A stretch of DNA of 63,347 nucleotides, the filler included, from Octopus bimaculoides (Eukaryota), in NCBI RefSeq assembly GCF_001194135.2. It is 5 parts of 5 records of this genome, joined end to end, with 100 filler letters (N's around TTAATTAATTAA, not from the genome) between each part and the next. Parts side by side here need not be neighbours in the genome. Positions count along the whole stretch, not along the records: positions 1 to 23,805 come from NC_068993.1; positions 23,906 to 45,847 come from NC_068988.1; 3 more parts are not named here. One strand, written 5' to 3'. The first letter of the stretch is position 1; the number at the start of each line of letters is the position of its first letter. Positions 13,316 through 28,657 of the stretch are shown here, piece by piece. The position numbers and the translations under genes were made by a program. The notes beneath the pieces were generated by a model. The model did no database searches and was not told the origin of the DNA. It saw only the letters and a program-made list of their open reading frames with translations.

Positions 13316-13758
13316 CTGTTGTTGTTGTTGTTGTTTTTGTTGTTATTATTATTAATACTATTACTGGGCGGGAAATTGTTTCTGTTTAGCTTAGTTTTAA
13401 AAGTGTTTCTCCTTTCCCATCGAAACCGACAAAAATGGGCGGGAAAATTAGTTGAGAAATAGCTGCCATTTTCAAAACTGTAATGACAACAACAGCGACA
13501 GGGCTGTAGGCAGCACCGGAAATACGTTTCTAATGAGAACAATTATGAATCCTGTAGATCCCTTAAGGCTTTAGAATATTCCTCGATTGTCGAGATTAAT
13601 AGACGCCAATGAGGCAAACAACAGCAATGAGAATGGTGCCGAGGTATGGGGACGTGACAAAGGCGATTTTGGCGAAAAAGTGGTGGAAGATATCTGGGTG
13701 TCGATGAAGCTGGGATCATAGTTACGATGACTGTAATGATGGTCACGCTACTGCTGCT

Positions 13759-13803
<45 letters not shown>

Positions 13804-13804
13804 A

Positions 13805-13838
<34 letters not shown>

Positions 13839-13935
13839 GTAGGGGCAGGGGAATTTATGATGAGGACGGTGGTGATTTTGTTGGTGGTGCTGTGGATGAC
13901 GATGACGATGATGACGATGATGATGATGATGATGT

Positions 13936-13968
<33 letters not shown>

Positions 13969-14102
13969 CTATGATTGTTATGATAATGGTGATAAAGTGT
14001 GCGTTTTTGCTGTTGTTGATTTTGATGATGATGATGATGATGACGACGACGACGATGATGATGGTGGTGATGATGATGATGACGATGGTGATGGTGATGA
14101 TG

Positions 14103-14134
<32 letters not shown>

Positions 14135-14178
14135 GACGATGATGATGGTGGTGATGATGATGATGATGATGGTGATGG

Positions 14179-14213
<35 letters not shown>

Positions 14214-14219
14214 CTGATG

Positions 14220-14251
<32 letters not shown>

Positions 14252-14747
14252 GATGATGATGATGACAGCAATACTGATGAGTACGATGAGAGATTGATGC
14301 TCGTAGTGGAGTTGGTTTTGATATTGTTATTGACTAAAATGATAAGGAGGATATCGCTGAGGATATTGCCGAAGATGACGGCGTTGAGAATGATGTTGCG
14401 GAGGAACACTGTGATGAAAGTGATGTTGATGTTGGTGATGAAGGGGATGATGACGACGACGACGACGATGTTGATTTTGATACTGATGACGACGATGCTG
14501 ATGATGCTGATGACTGTGATGGTGACAATGGTGATGATGATGATGATGATGATGATGGAGAAGATAATAATGGTGGCTATGAAGATAATTTGATTGACTG
14601 GCAGCAAACATTGAAGTCTAATGATTAGACGAACTAAAAAGCCCATGAAGACAATGGAGCACACTCAGTGCATTTCGTAGAGTTTTGCAAGGACATCGGA
14701 AACACCATGTGGAAAAGAACAAAAACAACAACAACTACTACTACTAC

Positions 14748-14801
<54 letters not shown>

Positions 14802-14809
14802 TAATAATG

Positions 14810-14854
<45 letters not shown>

Positions 14855-15115
14855 GTAATAATAATAGTAATAGTAATAGTAATAATAATAATAACAATAA
14901 TAATAATAGTAATAATAATAATTATAATAATAATAATAATGATGATAATAATAATAATAATAACAATATTAATAATAATAATACCACCACCACCACCACC
15001 ATCAGCATCACGACAACCACTACAACAAAAACAGCAGCAACTGCTACTACTACTACTACTACTACTTCCAATATCTATTACTTGCATAATTCCTGTTTTT
15101 TATATCATTATTAGT
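12160..15115. repeat. About 3 kb mosaic of trinucleotide microsatellites (GTT, CAT/CAC, CTT, TAT, GAT, AAT, ACT)
   Basis: Directly visible; source of the poly-amino-acid pseudo-ORFs. Confidence 0.95.
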
Positions 15116-15249
15116 ATTATTATTTTTAACATTAGTAGTAGAACGTAAGGAAAGGACAGAGATTTCGTGAAGGGCGACCCACGAAGCATTTTGCGTTGCG
15201 TGCTACTGATTTGGCCAGCTTGCCACATAACAAATACTAGTTTATATTA

Positions 15250-15432
15250 GTTTCTAATTTTGGTACATGACAAATAATTTCGAGGGAGGGGCTTAAATCG
15301 ATTACATCGATTTCAGTGTTCAACTGGTAGTTATTTTATCGACCCCGAAATGATTAGTGGCAAATTTGACTTCGGTTGAGTTTGAACTCAGATGGTTAAA
15401 ACCTGACAAAATGTTGCTAACTATTTTGCAAG
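15250..15432 (-). mobile_element. SINE family A
   Basis: gtttctaattttgg...tcgattacatcga...ttttatcgaccccgaaa...ttgacttcggttgagtttgaactcag. Confidence 0.75.
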
Positions 15433-16443
15433 CTTGGTACCTTAAAGCACGGTTATGTTAACCACCATTCTACTTTACGTAAGTCTATGGTTCATCAGTT
15501 ACAGTTTATATTTTCTTTTTTTTTTCCTTTGCATGTCTTCCTACACCGAGAAGTTCATCCTTAGTTAGATTTCAACTCAGGTATTACAAATTGTAACAAA
15601 TTAAACTAAACTACATTGTTTCGTTGATATTTTTATAGTTCAGCTAGAAGAGCAGTGAACATGGTACATTTTGAACTGAAAAATCCATGTTGTTGGTTTT
15701 GATTTCAACCATTGCCGTAAACACATTTAAGCACTCATTGAACCATGCAAAAGGAAAGAAGGGATGGATCTCATAGCAATATATTGTAAACGAAGCGGCC
15801 AAGTACAGTGTTGAGACTGCACCGATAAACTACTGGTGGAAGATCTGCTTGGGGTTAAACTACTGGTAACATAGAACAACCATTTTGATGTGGCGATTAA
15901 CTTTACTGGTTACTATAGTTACTACTCTGATCTCTTCTTGAAATTTTACAACTTGAAAGCTATTTTAGTTATCTGGAAGACTTATATTCTCTTTTATCTT
16001 CCACTCGGTAAGAACTTGTAAATGGTGTCCATATTCATTCTCAAACAGGTATTATATCCTTCTGTTTGTAGAGTAACATTATGTAGAGTTAATTTAAAAA
16101 ATCAACTGTTATTTTCACCAAGAGGATTGACCATGTAGAGGCTCCGCATTTAAACGAAATTCCTTGACATATATATTGAGGGAAAATATAACAATGTGTT
16201 TCGGGTTTGGATTTGGTTTGCAAGATTTTATACGCGAGTACGTGCGTTGAAGCATATTTTGCTGTGACTAGGGAGAGTCATTCTCTTTCAGTGCCTTATT
16301 ATTTAACACACTCACCGATAAAGTTTCCACTCGTTTACTTATTTTTCCTAAAGTTTTCGTTGCGTCTTGCAACCTTTTCAACAGTCGTTTGACTCTGTCC
16401 GTTATCTGAGCTGCGTTCTTTTTGTTTGTCTGTAAGCATGTGT

Positions 16444-16446
<3 letters not shown>

Positions 16447-16480
<34 letters not shown>

Positions 16481-16505
16481 CTAGATAGATAGATAGATAG
16501 ACAGT

Positions 16506-16571
<66 letters not shown>

Positions 16572-16714
16572 TAGAGATAGATAGATTGATAAAATAGACG
16601 TCTAGCTGGACATGAAACGAGCTCCACAGAACTAACTGATAATGTTGCCAAGAATATGTCACCCGCACGAGATTTCAAAAAGTAACCAGCGACACGACGG
16701 TTACATGTAGTAGC

Positions 16715-16765
<51 letters not shown>

Positions 16766-16770
16766 CACAA
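16447..16770. repeat. (GATA)n/(GACA)n and (AGT)n microsatellites
   Basis: Directly visible. Confidence 0.9.
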
Positions 16771-17219
16771 CGATAAAAAAAAAATTTCAGGAGAAAATGT
16801 TGAATTTTCCACGAACACAAGAACAATCATAACATCAATAGGAAGAAGAGAAGAGTTGGATGATCTTCGGCACGTGCTTTTTTTTAGTTATATATGAGTT
16901 TTTGTCGATATGCTATTATAGTTTTATTTGTTATTATTGTTTCATGTTGTTGTTGTTGTCATGTGTGCTTAATTCTTCCATTTATTACGCGTAGATTTGG
17001 GAAAATGTTCTAAAAACATTATTCTCATGTTGACCTACTTCCTCATTTGATGACGTGGCATCAAATATGCGCAAAAGAGTACATCTATTAGATATGTGCG
17101 GACGTTTAAGCAGGAAAATATACTTGTAAATAACATTCTTTAATATAGTGGTATATCAACGTTAATATATGTATGAAGATTCCTCACTCTCTCACATTTA
17201 CTCGCTCTCTCACATTTCC

Positions 17220-18110
<891 letters not shown>

Positions 18111-18544
18111 CTTTATTTAACTCCTATTTTCTTTTGCCATATAGACGAATTCAAAAACAGAGACAATGTTTCAATTGTACAAAGACCAAAGCTTGCCATG
18201 TCTTTATGTCATATTATATCGTAGTTTGACATTAGTTGAACTGCCATTTTTATAACGTGCATGTCGGATTGCATTTTTTCTGCTTTTTTGCGGTTATTAC
18301 TTCAAGTCTCCACTAGGAGCCGCCGTTCTTTTTAGTTAGCGATTTTGTGAACAATTGTCTCGTTGCTTATAGGTGTCTAGCGTGATATTCAGTGGCTCAC
18401 CACAGTTAGTGTCCTGGGATGACTGTATGATCAATTCAAGCACAATGAGTACAATACGTTTTGTACACTGCATCGGATTTGGGGTCGTGTTCTCGGTACA
18501 TATAATGCACATACAGATATATATACACGCATATATATGTGCGT

Positions 18545-18609
<65 letters not shown>

Positions 18610-19259
18610 AATGTATATAAAATATATTTGTATGCGTATGAGAGCGCATGACCGAGTGGTTATCATGTTACACTCAAAATGCGAAATCATGGTTTCGTTT
18701 CTCTACCCAGTGGGTGTGCTGTGTTCTTCAGAAAGCCAGTTCATATCAGATTGTTCTGAAATCACATCGACACTTCACGTGCGGTGCATAGTTCTCCTGT
18801 TCAGGAAATGTGGGTTTCGTGAAGAGAGCGAAATGATGTACAACACATTCATTTGATCATTATAAACAAATCAATTACGCAGATTTGATCTACGAGAGAT
18901 CACCATCCATTAATACATATATGTGTGTGTGCGTGGCCGTCCATGTGCGTGTTTGGGTGTACATGTGTATGTATGTATGTATGTATGTATGTATGTATGT
19001 ATGTATGTGTATATATATATATATATATATNNNNNNNNNNNNNNNNNNNNNNNNNNNNNNNNNNNNNNNNNNNNNNNNNNNNNNNNNNNNNNNNNNNNNN
19101 NNNNNNNNNNNNNNNNNNNNNNNNNNNNNNNNNNNNNNNNNNNNNNNNNNNNNNNNNNNNNNNNNNNNNNNNNNNNNNNNNNNNNNNNNNNNNNNNNNNN
19201 NNNNNNNNNNNNNNNNNNNNNNNNNNNNNNNNNNNNNNNNNNNNNNNNNNNNNNNNNNN

Positions 19260-19295
<36 letters not shown>

Positions 19296-20128
19296 ATATA
19301 TATGTGTGTGTGTGTATATATATATATATAGAGAGAGAGAGAGAAAGAGAGAGGGAAAGAGAGATATGGAGAAAAGAGAGAGATGAGACAGAGACACACA
19401 TATATATATATACATAGATAGAAACTGCACTAAGTGTACCAAATTATATTGCTTGCCCCACTTCCGGAGACGATGCGGTGTATCAGAAAAAGTATACGCC
19501 GGACTTGAACAAGTGTAAGTCAACGACTACAAAATATTAATAAGACTAAAAATGAGAGAAATTACAAAGGCAGAAATAAAATTCCACACGGTTGAAGGTT
19601 TATTGAAGAAGAAGAAAGTATTTATTTATTTAGTGGTGATCAGGAGATGGTGCTAACTAGAGTTGAAGAAACGACTACCAATTCCTTCTACTGGACATGT
19701 TACGAGGTCAGGGGAAATCAATGCAACAGGGGAAATCAATGCTGGCCTAGGGGAATGTAGTTAGACTGCGTTGTTGATGTTTCAATTTCTCTCGCTTAGT
19801 CGGATAACCTTGTTCTCTGGTTGTGATCAAGGTCGTTCGTGTGGACTGCATCATTATTTCACTTCATTTTTGTACAGTAGTGGTATCTAGAGACATTTTC
19901 GCGATATAAACTAGTTTGTGGTGCAGTTTCTGCTATGTTGTGCAGTAAAAGTGATTGTATTCTGTTACGTTGTGCAGCAGAAGTGACTGTATTACTTAGT
20001 ACATGCAGCACCTTTGAAGGACTATATATGTCTAAACACAAACACATTCTTCACACACACACACACACACATATGCCCCCACCCACCCATGCATGCATGC
20101 ACATGCACACACATGTACACACACAGAT

Positions 20129-20167
<39 letters not shown>

Positions 20168-20361
20168 NNNNNNNNNNNNNNNNNNNNNNNNNNNNNNNNN
20201 NNNNNNNNNNNNNNNNNNNNNNNNNNNNNNNNNNNNNNNNNNNNNNNNNNNNNNNNNNNNNNNNNNNTACAAACATTTATTTGATCACCATAAACAAATC
20301 CTTTGTGCAGGTCGTTTCACAAAGTGGGATACTTTGACAGGGGACTCCATCACACAGACAC

Positions 20362-20421
<60 letters not shown>

Positions 20422-22647
20422 TAGGCGTTCGTTTGGAATCATATAATGTTCATTTCTAGTGATATATACTTAATCAGAAATTTGAGAATGAAAATGTATA
20501 ATACTGCTACATTTTCCTCTTGAAATATGGGGGACATTTGCAGATGTCTAAATCGTTGCTAGATAACAAATCGCATTGAAGAAGACCTAGAATGAATAAC
20601 GCTCCAACCATGAACTTCTCATCTAATTTATATTTCTTTTCTTTGAAGAATAAGGTTTCCTGATAGTGTCTTATCGAAAGTTTCTACAGTCATTAAGATA
20701 GTAAGGCTTGAGCTGAATGAGATTTTAGACCAAGTTTTTACAGATTATGCAAGTCTGTAGTGGCTCTAACGGTAGTTAAAAATCTCTGGGTGTAAATTCT
20801 CGAGATATATTATGGTAACATGGAAACGGAACAAAGATGATAGTTACACCAAATAGTAGTTGAACATAACGGACACTTACCAAAAATACGTTTTAGCCTA
20901 AGGCAGCATTCTCAAAGTTTGAAATGTGTTTTATGCTGTTGTTACTGTTGACGCTATGAAAATTGTTTAATCCCACGTCACTTCCTAACCAAGCTGATCA
21001 TAATTTAAGGACTTGAAGTCCCGATTGCGAAGCAATGCAATCTTTTATTCAGCTGGGATGTACAGCACAGCACGTTGAGCAAGACTTTTCTGCTTCCGAT
21101 TCACAAATGACTGAGAATGAAATATGCAATACATAAATAATGTGAAGAGATCTTCAATACAAGATATAGTGTATTGTATTTATTCGGTTGATAGCTTATG
21201 CCTCTATTCGAATGATCACATTTGATCTATGTCACAGTATATTGGTTATCGTGCTCAGACGAATCACACAAATGACAGACATTCATAATTTCCGCATATA
21301 ACAGCATACATTTATTTGTTAATGAATGACAATTTTCATTAACGTAATAGAAATAAATAGAGATACTTGTAATTACGTTTTAAATTCCGTCTAGAATTCG
21401 TAGAAACCCATTCAATTGACCCTATCTACTTCTCTCAAAACTTCAGTCACAGGATATGCTTAAAAAATTTATATTTAAACAATGACAAAGCATATACTTC
21501 TGAAAGTTTTCACAGTAGTGAATTGCCTCCCTTGGTATGTAATTAGCATGGCTCGCGTTAAAATATGAAATTGTGTTGACGTGTTGCCAGATAAGATTCA
21601 AATATATTTTCATTATAGGTATAAAAGACTACTTACATGCACCAAAAATGTAGTGTTTATCGCCACTTTAATATATGAGAACACCCACGCTGAAGTGTCG
21701 ATAAAAACTACCTCTTTGGTTCATGTAATGCTATTATTTCCAACAGAGATTTTCTAACGGACTAGTTTCGTAGTTACAAAATTAGTTATTTTCTGATACT
21801 ATATTTTCTATATACTGCAAGCTAGGTTAGACTACTACCATGTCTGGAAGAAATTGCCCACCACCGAAGAGATCCAATATGATCAAAATCATGTGGTCTG
21901 ATGATCTTGGAGCTAGAGTGGCAGAAGTTCCGTCCCGCTTGCAATAAATATCGAGTGCAAAAGCGGTCTGAATAAACCAGCTGGAGATGTCCACCTGGGG
22001 TTAAAATAGCAGCATCGTCATCTCTTATTATCACTCACCTTAAAGTGGCATTAAACGCTACTTACATGAAATATTAAACAAAAAAATATATCATCTACAT
22101 TTAATATTGCGTTATTTTCCTCCCATTAATCATAAACAACATACATATTGACTCCAACAAAACTACACAAAAATGAACTGAAATGAAAGGAGGTATAATT
22201 AATTCAAAGAAAGAACTTAATATCATAAATTGAGTGTCAAGCAGATATGAGTGACGGCGTTTTAAAAGTAATGAAATGAGCTGATTTCAGTTTTCGACAG
22301 AATCCTATACAATTGTCATAAAATAAAAGAAATCACTTGAAAATAAAAATCTAGACCCAATATTCTTAGTTTGCGACACAAATTATACTTCGACAGTTTC
22401 GTAGCTGCGATAAAATAGTTGAAGAGCCGGAAGACTGCTGAGTGAAAGCAGGTATATAGCTATGTATGTGTGTCAATGTGTAATTTGTCCAACGTGTTAG
22501 TTTGTGTATGTCATTGTAACGTAGCGGTTCGGTAAAAAGTGAGAGATAGAATAAGAACTAGACTCTAAAAAAATAAGTACCGAGGAGATTTTTTTTTCGA
22601 CTAAATCCTTCAAAGTGTTGACACAGCTTGGCTGCAGTGCTGTCACT

Positions 22648-22916
22648 AAAACAACTAGGACATAAAAACTAGGACATAAAAACAACTAGGACATAAAAAC
22701 TAGGACATAAAAACAACTAGGACATAAAAACTAGGACATAAAAACAACTAGGACATAAAAACTAGGACATAAAAACAACTAGGACATAAAAACTAGGACA
22801 TAAAAACAACTAGGACATAAAAACTAGGACATAAAAACAACTAGGACATAAAAACTAGGACATAAAAACAACTAGGACATAAAAACTAGGACATAAAAAC
22901 AACTAGGACATAAAAA
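22648..22916. repeat. Perfect 31-bp minisatellite, about 8.5 units (alternating 17+14 bp subunits)
   Basis: caactaggac recurs at 22652, 22683, 22714, 22745, 22776, 22807, 22838, 22869, 22900; unit aaaaacaactaggacat+aaaaactaggacat. Confidence 0.95.
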
Positions 22917-23159
22917 AATAAAAACATATATTCTTGTACTAGCGTAAATATTTGTTTACCGATATTAAAGTTGACTATAATTCGTTTTCTTAAGCATTTA
23001 CGCGGATAAAATATTTATCAAGTGTCGAAACTCATTTCGTTGATGTGATATCTAATGAAGGCATTTTTGGTGTGAAGAGTAGTAAATAAATGTAAGCGTG
23101 AAATATGTCTTCAATGTATAAGTATGCTCACACTTTTAAGTCGTAAGTGTACGGTTTAT

Positions 23160-23400
23160 CTTTTATCTTTTACTTGTTTCAATCATTAGACTGCGGCCCT
23201 TACTAGGGCACTAACTTGAAGGATTTTAACCCAATAAATCGAACCTAGCACTTACCATTTTCAAGTAAAGTACTTATTCAATCTGTTTACTTTTGCTGAA
23301 ACTCTAGCTTACGGCGACGCTAATACGCCAACAGCGGTTGTCAAGTAGTTGTGTTGGACAGACACAGCAGAAACTGAATAACATATCTGTCTCTACGGAC
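23160..23400 (-). mobile_element. SINE family B, 3' portion
   Basis: tcttttacttgtttcaatcattagactgcggccc...tcgaacctagcactta...ttacggcgacgctaatacgccaacagcggttgtcaag. Confidence 0.7.
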
Positions 23401-23849
23401 GAACCGCTCGTTTAAAATGATGTACACAAATTATCACTGGTTTTGAGGTGGCGCTCAAGAGACAGACACAAGATACAAATACACACACATATTCATATAA
23501 ATACATACGTACATACATGTATATATGAATGTTTGTTTGCATACNNNNNNNNNNGTGTGTGTGCGTGTGTGTGTCTGTGTGTGTCTGTGTGTGTGTGTGT
23601 GTGTATGTATGTATAATTAAAATAGTAGGGGGAAAATTGGATATAAATTACTATCAATTTAATACCAGGAAAATATATATTTTTTTTTTATGTATATATA
23701 GATATAGATATATATTAAAGCACAAGTGAGAATATATAAACCTCAGAGGGATAGAAATATTCAAGATTAGACTGATTGAATATCTTATAATATACGCACA
23801 CACAGNNNNNNNNNNNNNNNNNNNNNNNNNNNNNNNNNNNNNNNNNNNN

Positions 23850-23861
23850 TTAATTAATTAA
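23850..23861. other. Assembly spacer TTAATTAATTAA inside N gaps (also 45892, 54458, 60412)
   Basis: Identical 12-mer embedded between N runs four times; gives stops in all six frames. Confidence 0.9.
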
Positions 23862-23985
23862 NNNNNNNNNNNNNNNNNNNNNNNNNNNNNNNNNNNNNNN
23901 NNNNNATGTACATGTATATATATGCATATAAACATATGTATATATCTATATGTATATATGTTTATAATATAATGTTTATAATATA

Positions 23986-24065
<80 letters not shown>

Positions 24066-24119
24066 GTGTGTGTGTGTGTATTTATAATATAATGTATATA
24101 TATACATGTACATATATAC

Positions 24120-24900
24120 ATGTCAATTCTCCTCCCATCTTCATCTAACCTCCTCTCCTCTCATGTCTCCCTCCCACACCTACTTCCTTCCACCCACTTA
24201 TCCTCTCGTGCTCCGAGTCCTACTCCTTCTCTTCACTCCTACTTCTTCTCTTCACTCCTACTTCCTCTCTTCACTCCTACTTCTTCACTTCACTCCTACT
24301 TCAACGCCTCACTCTTACTCTTCTACTCTCTTCTCTTCACTCCTACCCACATCCTTCCTTCCCCTCTTCCTTCATCGTGACCCTTCCTTCGTAATTCGAT
24401 CCCCACACAATCCAAACCCACCTTCCCTAACATCCCATCCCCACCCGGTCCCCTACACCCACTCCCACGTACCCCATTCCCACGTACCCCATTCNNNNNN
24501 NNNNCATCCCATCCCCACCCGGTCCCCTACACCCACTCCCACGTACCCCATTCCCACGTACCCCACCTCTACCCACACCCTCAGCCTACACAGGTGCCCC
24601 ACCTCTATCCTTAACCTCATCCTACACACATACCCCAACTCTACCCCCACTCTCAACCTACCCACATACCTCACTATCATCCCAACCCAAACTCAACCCT
24701 TACTTTCCCCACTCTCGCCTCCCCCACATCCCAACACCATCACACCACACACAACTACATCTACACCATCATACCACACAACACCACATCACATCACTTC
24801 GCACGACACGCACACACTACCACTGACCATTTCCCAGCCCCACATCTTCATACCTACACGCATACGTCAAGGACACCAGCCTTCTTTCACATGCACGTAA
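24120..24900. repeat. Pyrimidine-rich low-complexity/minisatellite tract (actcctacttc units, C-rich repeats)
   Basis: Directly visible; the 264-aa ORF over it is low-complexity. Confidence 0.8.
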
Positions 24901-25054
24901 CGCTCTCTTATAAACACGCAGGCGCTCCTTTGTTTTGGGATCACCAATACTTTATTATCTCCCATTCTTCTTAGCTCTCCTGTGTGACCCCTCTGTCCTA
25001 CATTCGCCATGATAGATCGCTCGCCACTACACATTTTTATTTTCTCTCCTTGTT

Positions 25055-25175
25055 TCTCTGTGTGTTCCTTTCTGTGGAAGAGCGCAGGCTCGAAATGTTG
25101 AAGACTTTTTCACTTCCCGATATTAAACTAATGCATCTTCTGTCTTTTTTTGTGTGGATTCTCCCCTTATATATA
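25055..25175 (+). mobile_element. PLE-like tail fragment with decayed variant hammerhead (25068-25103)
   Basis: CUUU CUGUGGA A GAGC GCAG GCUC GAAAU GUU GAAG; homologous to 9385-9525; ends at (TA)n. Confidence 0.65.
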
Positions 25176-25479
25176 TATACATATTTCTAAATATATATAC
25201 ATATATATAAATATATACTTGGATATAATTCAAAAGAAAATTATAATGGAGGTCTGATAGAAGCCTGTACCTTCATTATAGCATTAGGTCGTAGAAAGGA
25301 ATATGTTAAGTCGACACTAGTCAGTGTCGATTAAGGTTCATAGAATTATACGATAAGATTTGCAGTTTTTGGTATCTCATAATTATTGCTGTGCGTGTTT
25401 GTAGAAAACATGTTCGATGGGCATTCTATAGTTTTTCTCCTAGTTTTCTAGTTATCATACCAAAGGTCTCCCAAATCTT

Positions 25480-26160
25480 GCAAGTTAACTAACTGTAGCA
25501 GGTTGGTACTTCATCAATAAGTAAATGAATCATCTTTTAAAAGTCATGAATCAGCCTTCAAATTCACTACAATCTTTATTAGTTCTTGTCTTAATAAGTC
25601 GGTCATAGATTAACAATTTATGCATTCATCTTCATATCGGATACTCAGTCTCTATCGAGAATATTATGAATGCAGCTGCTACAAATGAAGTCTTCAGAAT
25701 AAATCAGATATTGTCATACCATCGGATCACTATTCGAATTGAACACAAAGCCTTACCCTATACAATTTAAGGCTAGTTGGGAAATCGTATCAACTTAGTT
25801 GATTGAACTTTGATTCAACAATTGCACTTGCACGAATTTCAAAATCTAATTCTCAGAATTTTGGGAAGTATAATCTCAAGAACACACTCCTTTATCTTGA
25901 TTGAATTTACGTATTGGTAGTTTGACAGATTCAAGAAAACTGATTCAAGTCTGATTGCTTTCTTAAATGATGCTAATGAACTTAATGTTCCATTAGATTA
26001 TGACAAGCTAGCAGCCTTGCCTGAGTTTATTAATAAATATAATCACATGAAATCATCATATTTAGGATAAATCGCTATGAAAGGATTCTGATAATGTTCT
26101 GTTGGTCCTAGAATATGGATTCAATCAGAATTGTTGCATCGAAGCTATCAGAAATGTTCA
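25480..26160 (+). pseudogene. Possible heavily decayed coding remnant (DNA-transposase-like?)
   Basis: Protein-like stretches broken by stops (SRS*INNL..HIGYSVS; FKKTDSSLIAFLNDANELNVPLDYDKLAALPEFINKY). No secure family assignment. Confidence 0.2.
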
Positions 26161-28391
26161 CTAATTTGAGCCCCATAAAAATGCACGAAACGGTTAAGAA
26201 ATGAAGAAAATATAATCCATTTCCCTCCTAGACTTTTCTTGATTAATCCCGGAAGAAAACATTATTTCTTCACGTCACTGTATTAATTTAGAATTTTATT
26301 CTGACTGAAATATGATTTAATTAGTAACATTTACGAAAATGCATTTCAGTGTTGGAGGCATAATAATATAATATAAGCCTCTTGTTTCTGTCTGGTGCTA
26401 AAAATAACACATTTTCGAAAATGTTACAAAATATATACTTTACTCCTTGAAAACATGAACCGCTATGCTGCAAAACACCAGCCTGTAACTTAGAAGATGT
26501 TTCACCTGACTTTTATATATAAAAATATGCTTTTGATGCCTCGCACATTACTCAACATGGTCACGTTATTGGACGTTTTTGACTCCTTTTCAAGTATTTT
26601 CCTATATTAACAAGCATTCACCTAGTTATTCTGTATTTTAGAATTATTTGTTAACTACGTTAAATGGATTAAAAATACTATTGTAAAGTTAAACATTTGT
26701 TAATTGCGCCAGGAGGAAAGTTACTTTGATTAAATATAGTCATTAAAAGTTATTTCCATTTTAAATCAAATATCGCTTCAGTATTTCTAGACAAAATAAA
26801 TGGCAAACATAATTTTTAAGACTAATGCGTCTGGTACAGTCATTAGTATGACGTTTCTCAGTCAGATAGACCGATTACATTCTTGTTAAGAACAATATCA
26901 CCTATTGAACGGGAATATATGTTGGCACTGGAAGTATTTGCAATCATTGAAGCTGCTCAGAAATCAACACCTTTCCTTCGAATATTTCCTAAAATAAAGT
27001 ACATGAATGTGAATAAATTTGTTGGGAAGGAATAATGTACATCACTCTGGGACAAATACAAAAGAAACACATTTTCAGTTGGAGTATTCAGCGAGAACCG
27101 AGAATCTATAGAGAAAGGTTTAGGGTCAGTAGAGAGGATTTGAGTAAAGGAAGTTGGTATCTAAGTATTAAACGAATTAGAAATTCAGTTTCGATATTGT
27201 TTTAAAATTAGTAATAAATAAACAAGAAAAATGTCTATATATAGAGAAGGAACATAAACGTAATTGTATGAGTGTATAACTATAAGCCAATGTGTGTAAG
27301 CGACAAGGTTCAGCTTGGAAATAATATCTGATTTATGTAAAACACAGCAAAGTAAACTCTGAGCTGAATGATTAATCTATTATATCGACTCACGTATTTG
27401 ATTGACCTTTTATTTTATCGATCCGGTAAAGATAAAAAAAGGAACTCGGCAGAATTTGAACACGGTATATAAAGAGTTGGAATACAAACTGTAATGCATT
27501 TTTCGGAAGTTCTCGCGATATGGCCCCCTCAACCACACTACGTATGGATAGAAACAATTGTTTCAAATTTTGGGACAATTCCAATTGATTTGGGTGGCAG
27601 GGGTAACTCGATGACATCCAGTACTTGACTTTATCTTCCTCAAACTGAGTAAACTTGGTGGAATTTGAAAGCAGAACTTAAAGATCCTGAAAAAATCGCG
27701 CAATATATTTTTCCGACGTTCTACGACGTTTTAATGATTTTGACATTCCAAAGAGCATGGGGCACGTGGAATTAATGAAAAAAGTATTATAAGTGTCGTG
27801 TGACAGTTCGACGGCTATTGCGATTGTGATAAAGTTATATATTGGAGGAAAAGCAGGTAAGAGGAAGAAAAAGCTAGATGGTAGAATTAAACAAAAAGCT
27901 GAAATGGTTTTGGAGATACTTAAATGAAAATTTTAAAGAAATACGGTAAGAAGAATAACTGATGTTAATGAGGTATGTTAATGAGGTAGCGCCATGCGAA
28001 AAGTTAAGTCTTCTCCGTGAATTTATATAAATGTGATGCATTGCAAAGTTGACAAACTTCAGAAGCCAAGAACTGCCTAAATGAGTTATCATATGACCAT
28101 TGGGTCTTCCTAGAGTAGTTTGGAGAATATTAAGATGACGTTAGGGAACACTATTTCCTTTTTCCCATGTATAATGCATTACAAAAGCAGCCTGTAATAT
28201 GTCAGGTTGAGAATACTACAGCTACAGATCTGAGTAAGTAGAAGGGGAGATTCTCAATTAGTTTTGGGTAGCCCTAAACTATCGGAATTACTTTTCATCT
28301 GTGATACATGTGGCATACATTTAAAACAAGAACATTTGAAAGCATATATCTGGTTGTGACTGCAGGTCGGAGAACCTCAACCTATAAGTAT

Positions 28392-28657
28392 AATAAAGGT
28401 AAAAAAGGTAAAGTTATCTTCTCGAGTCATGCCGACTCATAAGGGCCGGGTTACCCGTTTCATGCTGTATGTCTTTCCTCCCTGGACCGGACGCCGGTCC
28501 ATTGCAGGATTACTCATCTTCGCTAGCTGAGTGAACTAGACCAACGGGAAATGAAGTGCTTTGCTCAAGAACACAATGCGTCGCACTTCCAGGAATCGAA
28601 ACCACAATCTTACGACCATGAGTTAAGCACCCAAACCACTAATCCATGCGCCTCCAC
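28392..28657 (-). mobile_element. tRNA-derived SINE related to family C (shared head and 5' body, different tail)
   Basis: gctagctgagtgaactagaccaacgggaaatgaagtgctttgctcaagaacacaa...aggaatcgaaaccac...aaccactaatccatgcgcc. Confidence 0.7.

Noticed and set aside
13727-14593. 288-aa poly-Met/poly-Asp ORF resembling an acidic biomineral protein (includes an 84-nt internal repeat)
   Set aside because: It lies in a (GAT)n mosaic where several frames are open, switches register from poly-M to poly-D to poly-M, and has no clear splice or signal context.
21822-22040. GC-richer island with splice-like sites and two open minus-strand frames
   Set aside because: No recognisable domain, and no partner exons could be linked.
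22648-22916. CRISPR-like array
   Set aside because: No unique spacers, no cas genes, and eukaryotic context.
24423-24570. Direct duplication across a 10-N gap, with G-quadruplex-prone G-runs on the minus strand
   Set aside because: The duplication is probably a contig-overlap artefact, and G-runs are expected in a low-complexity tract.
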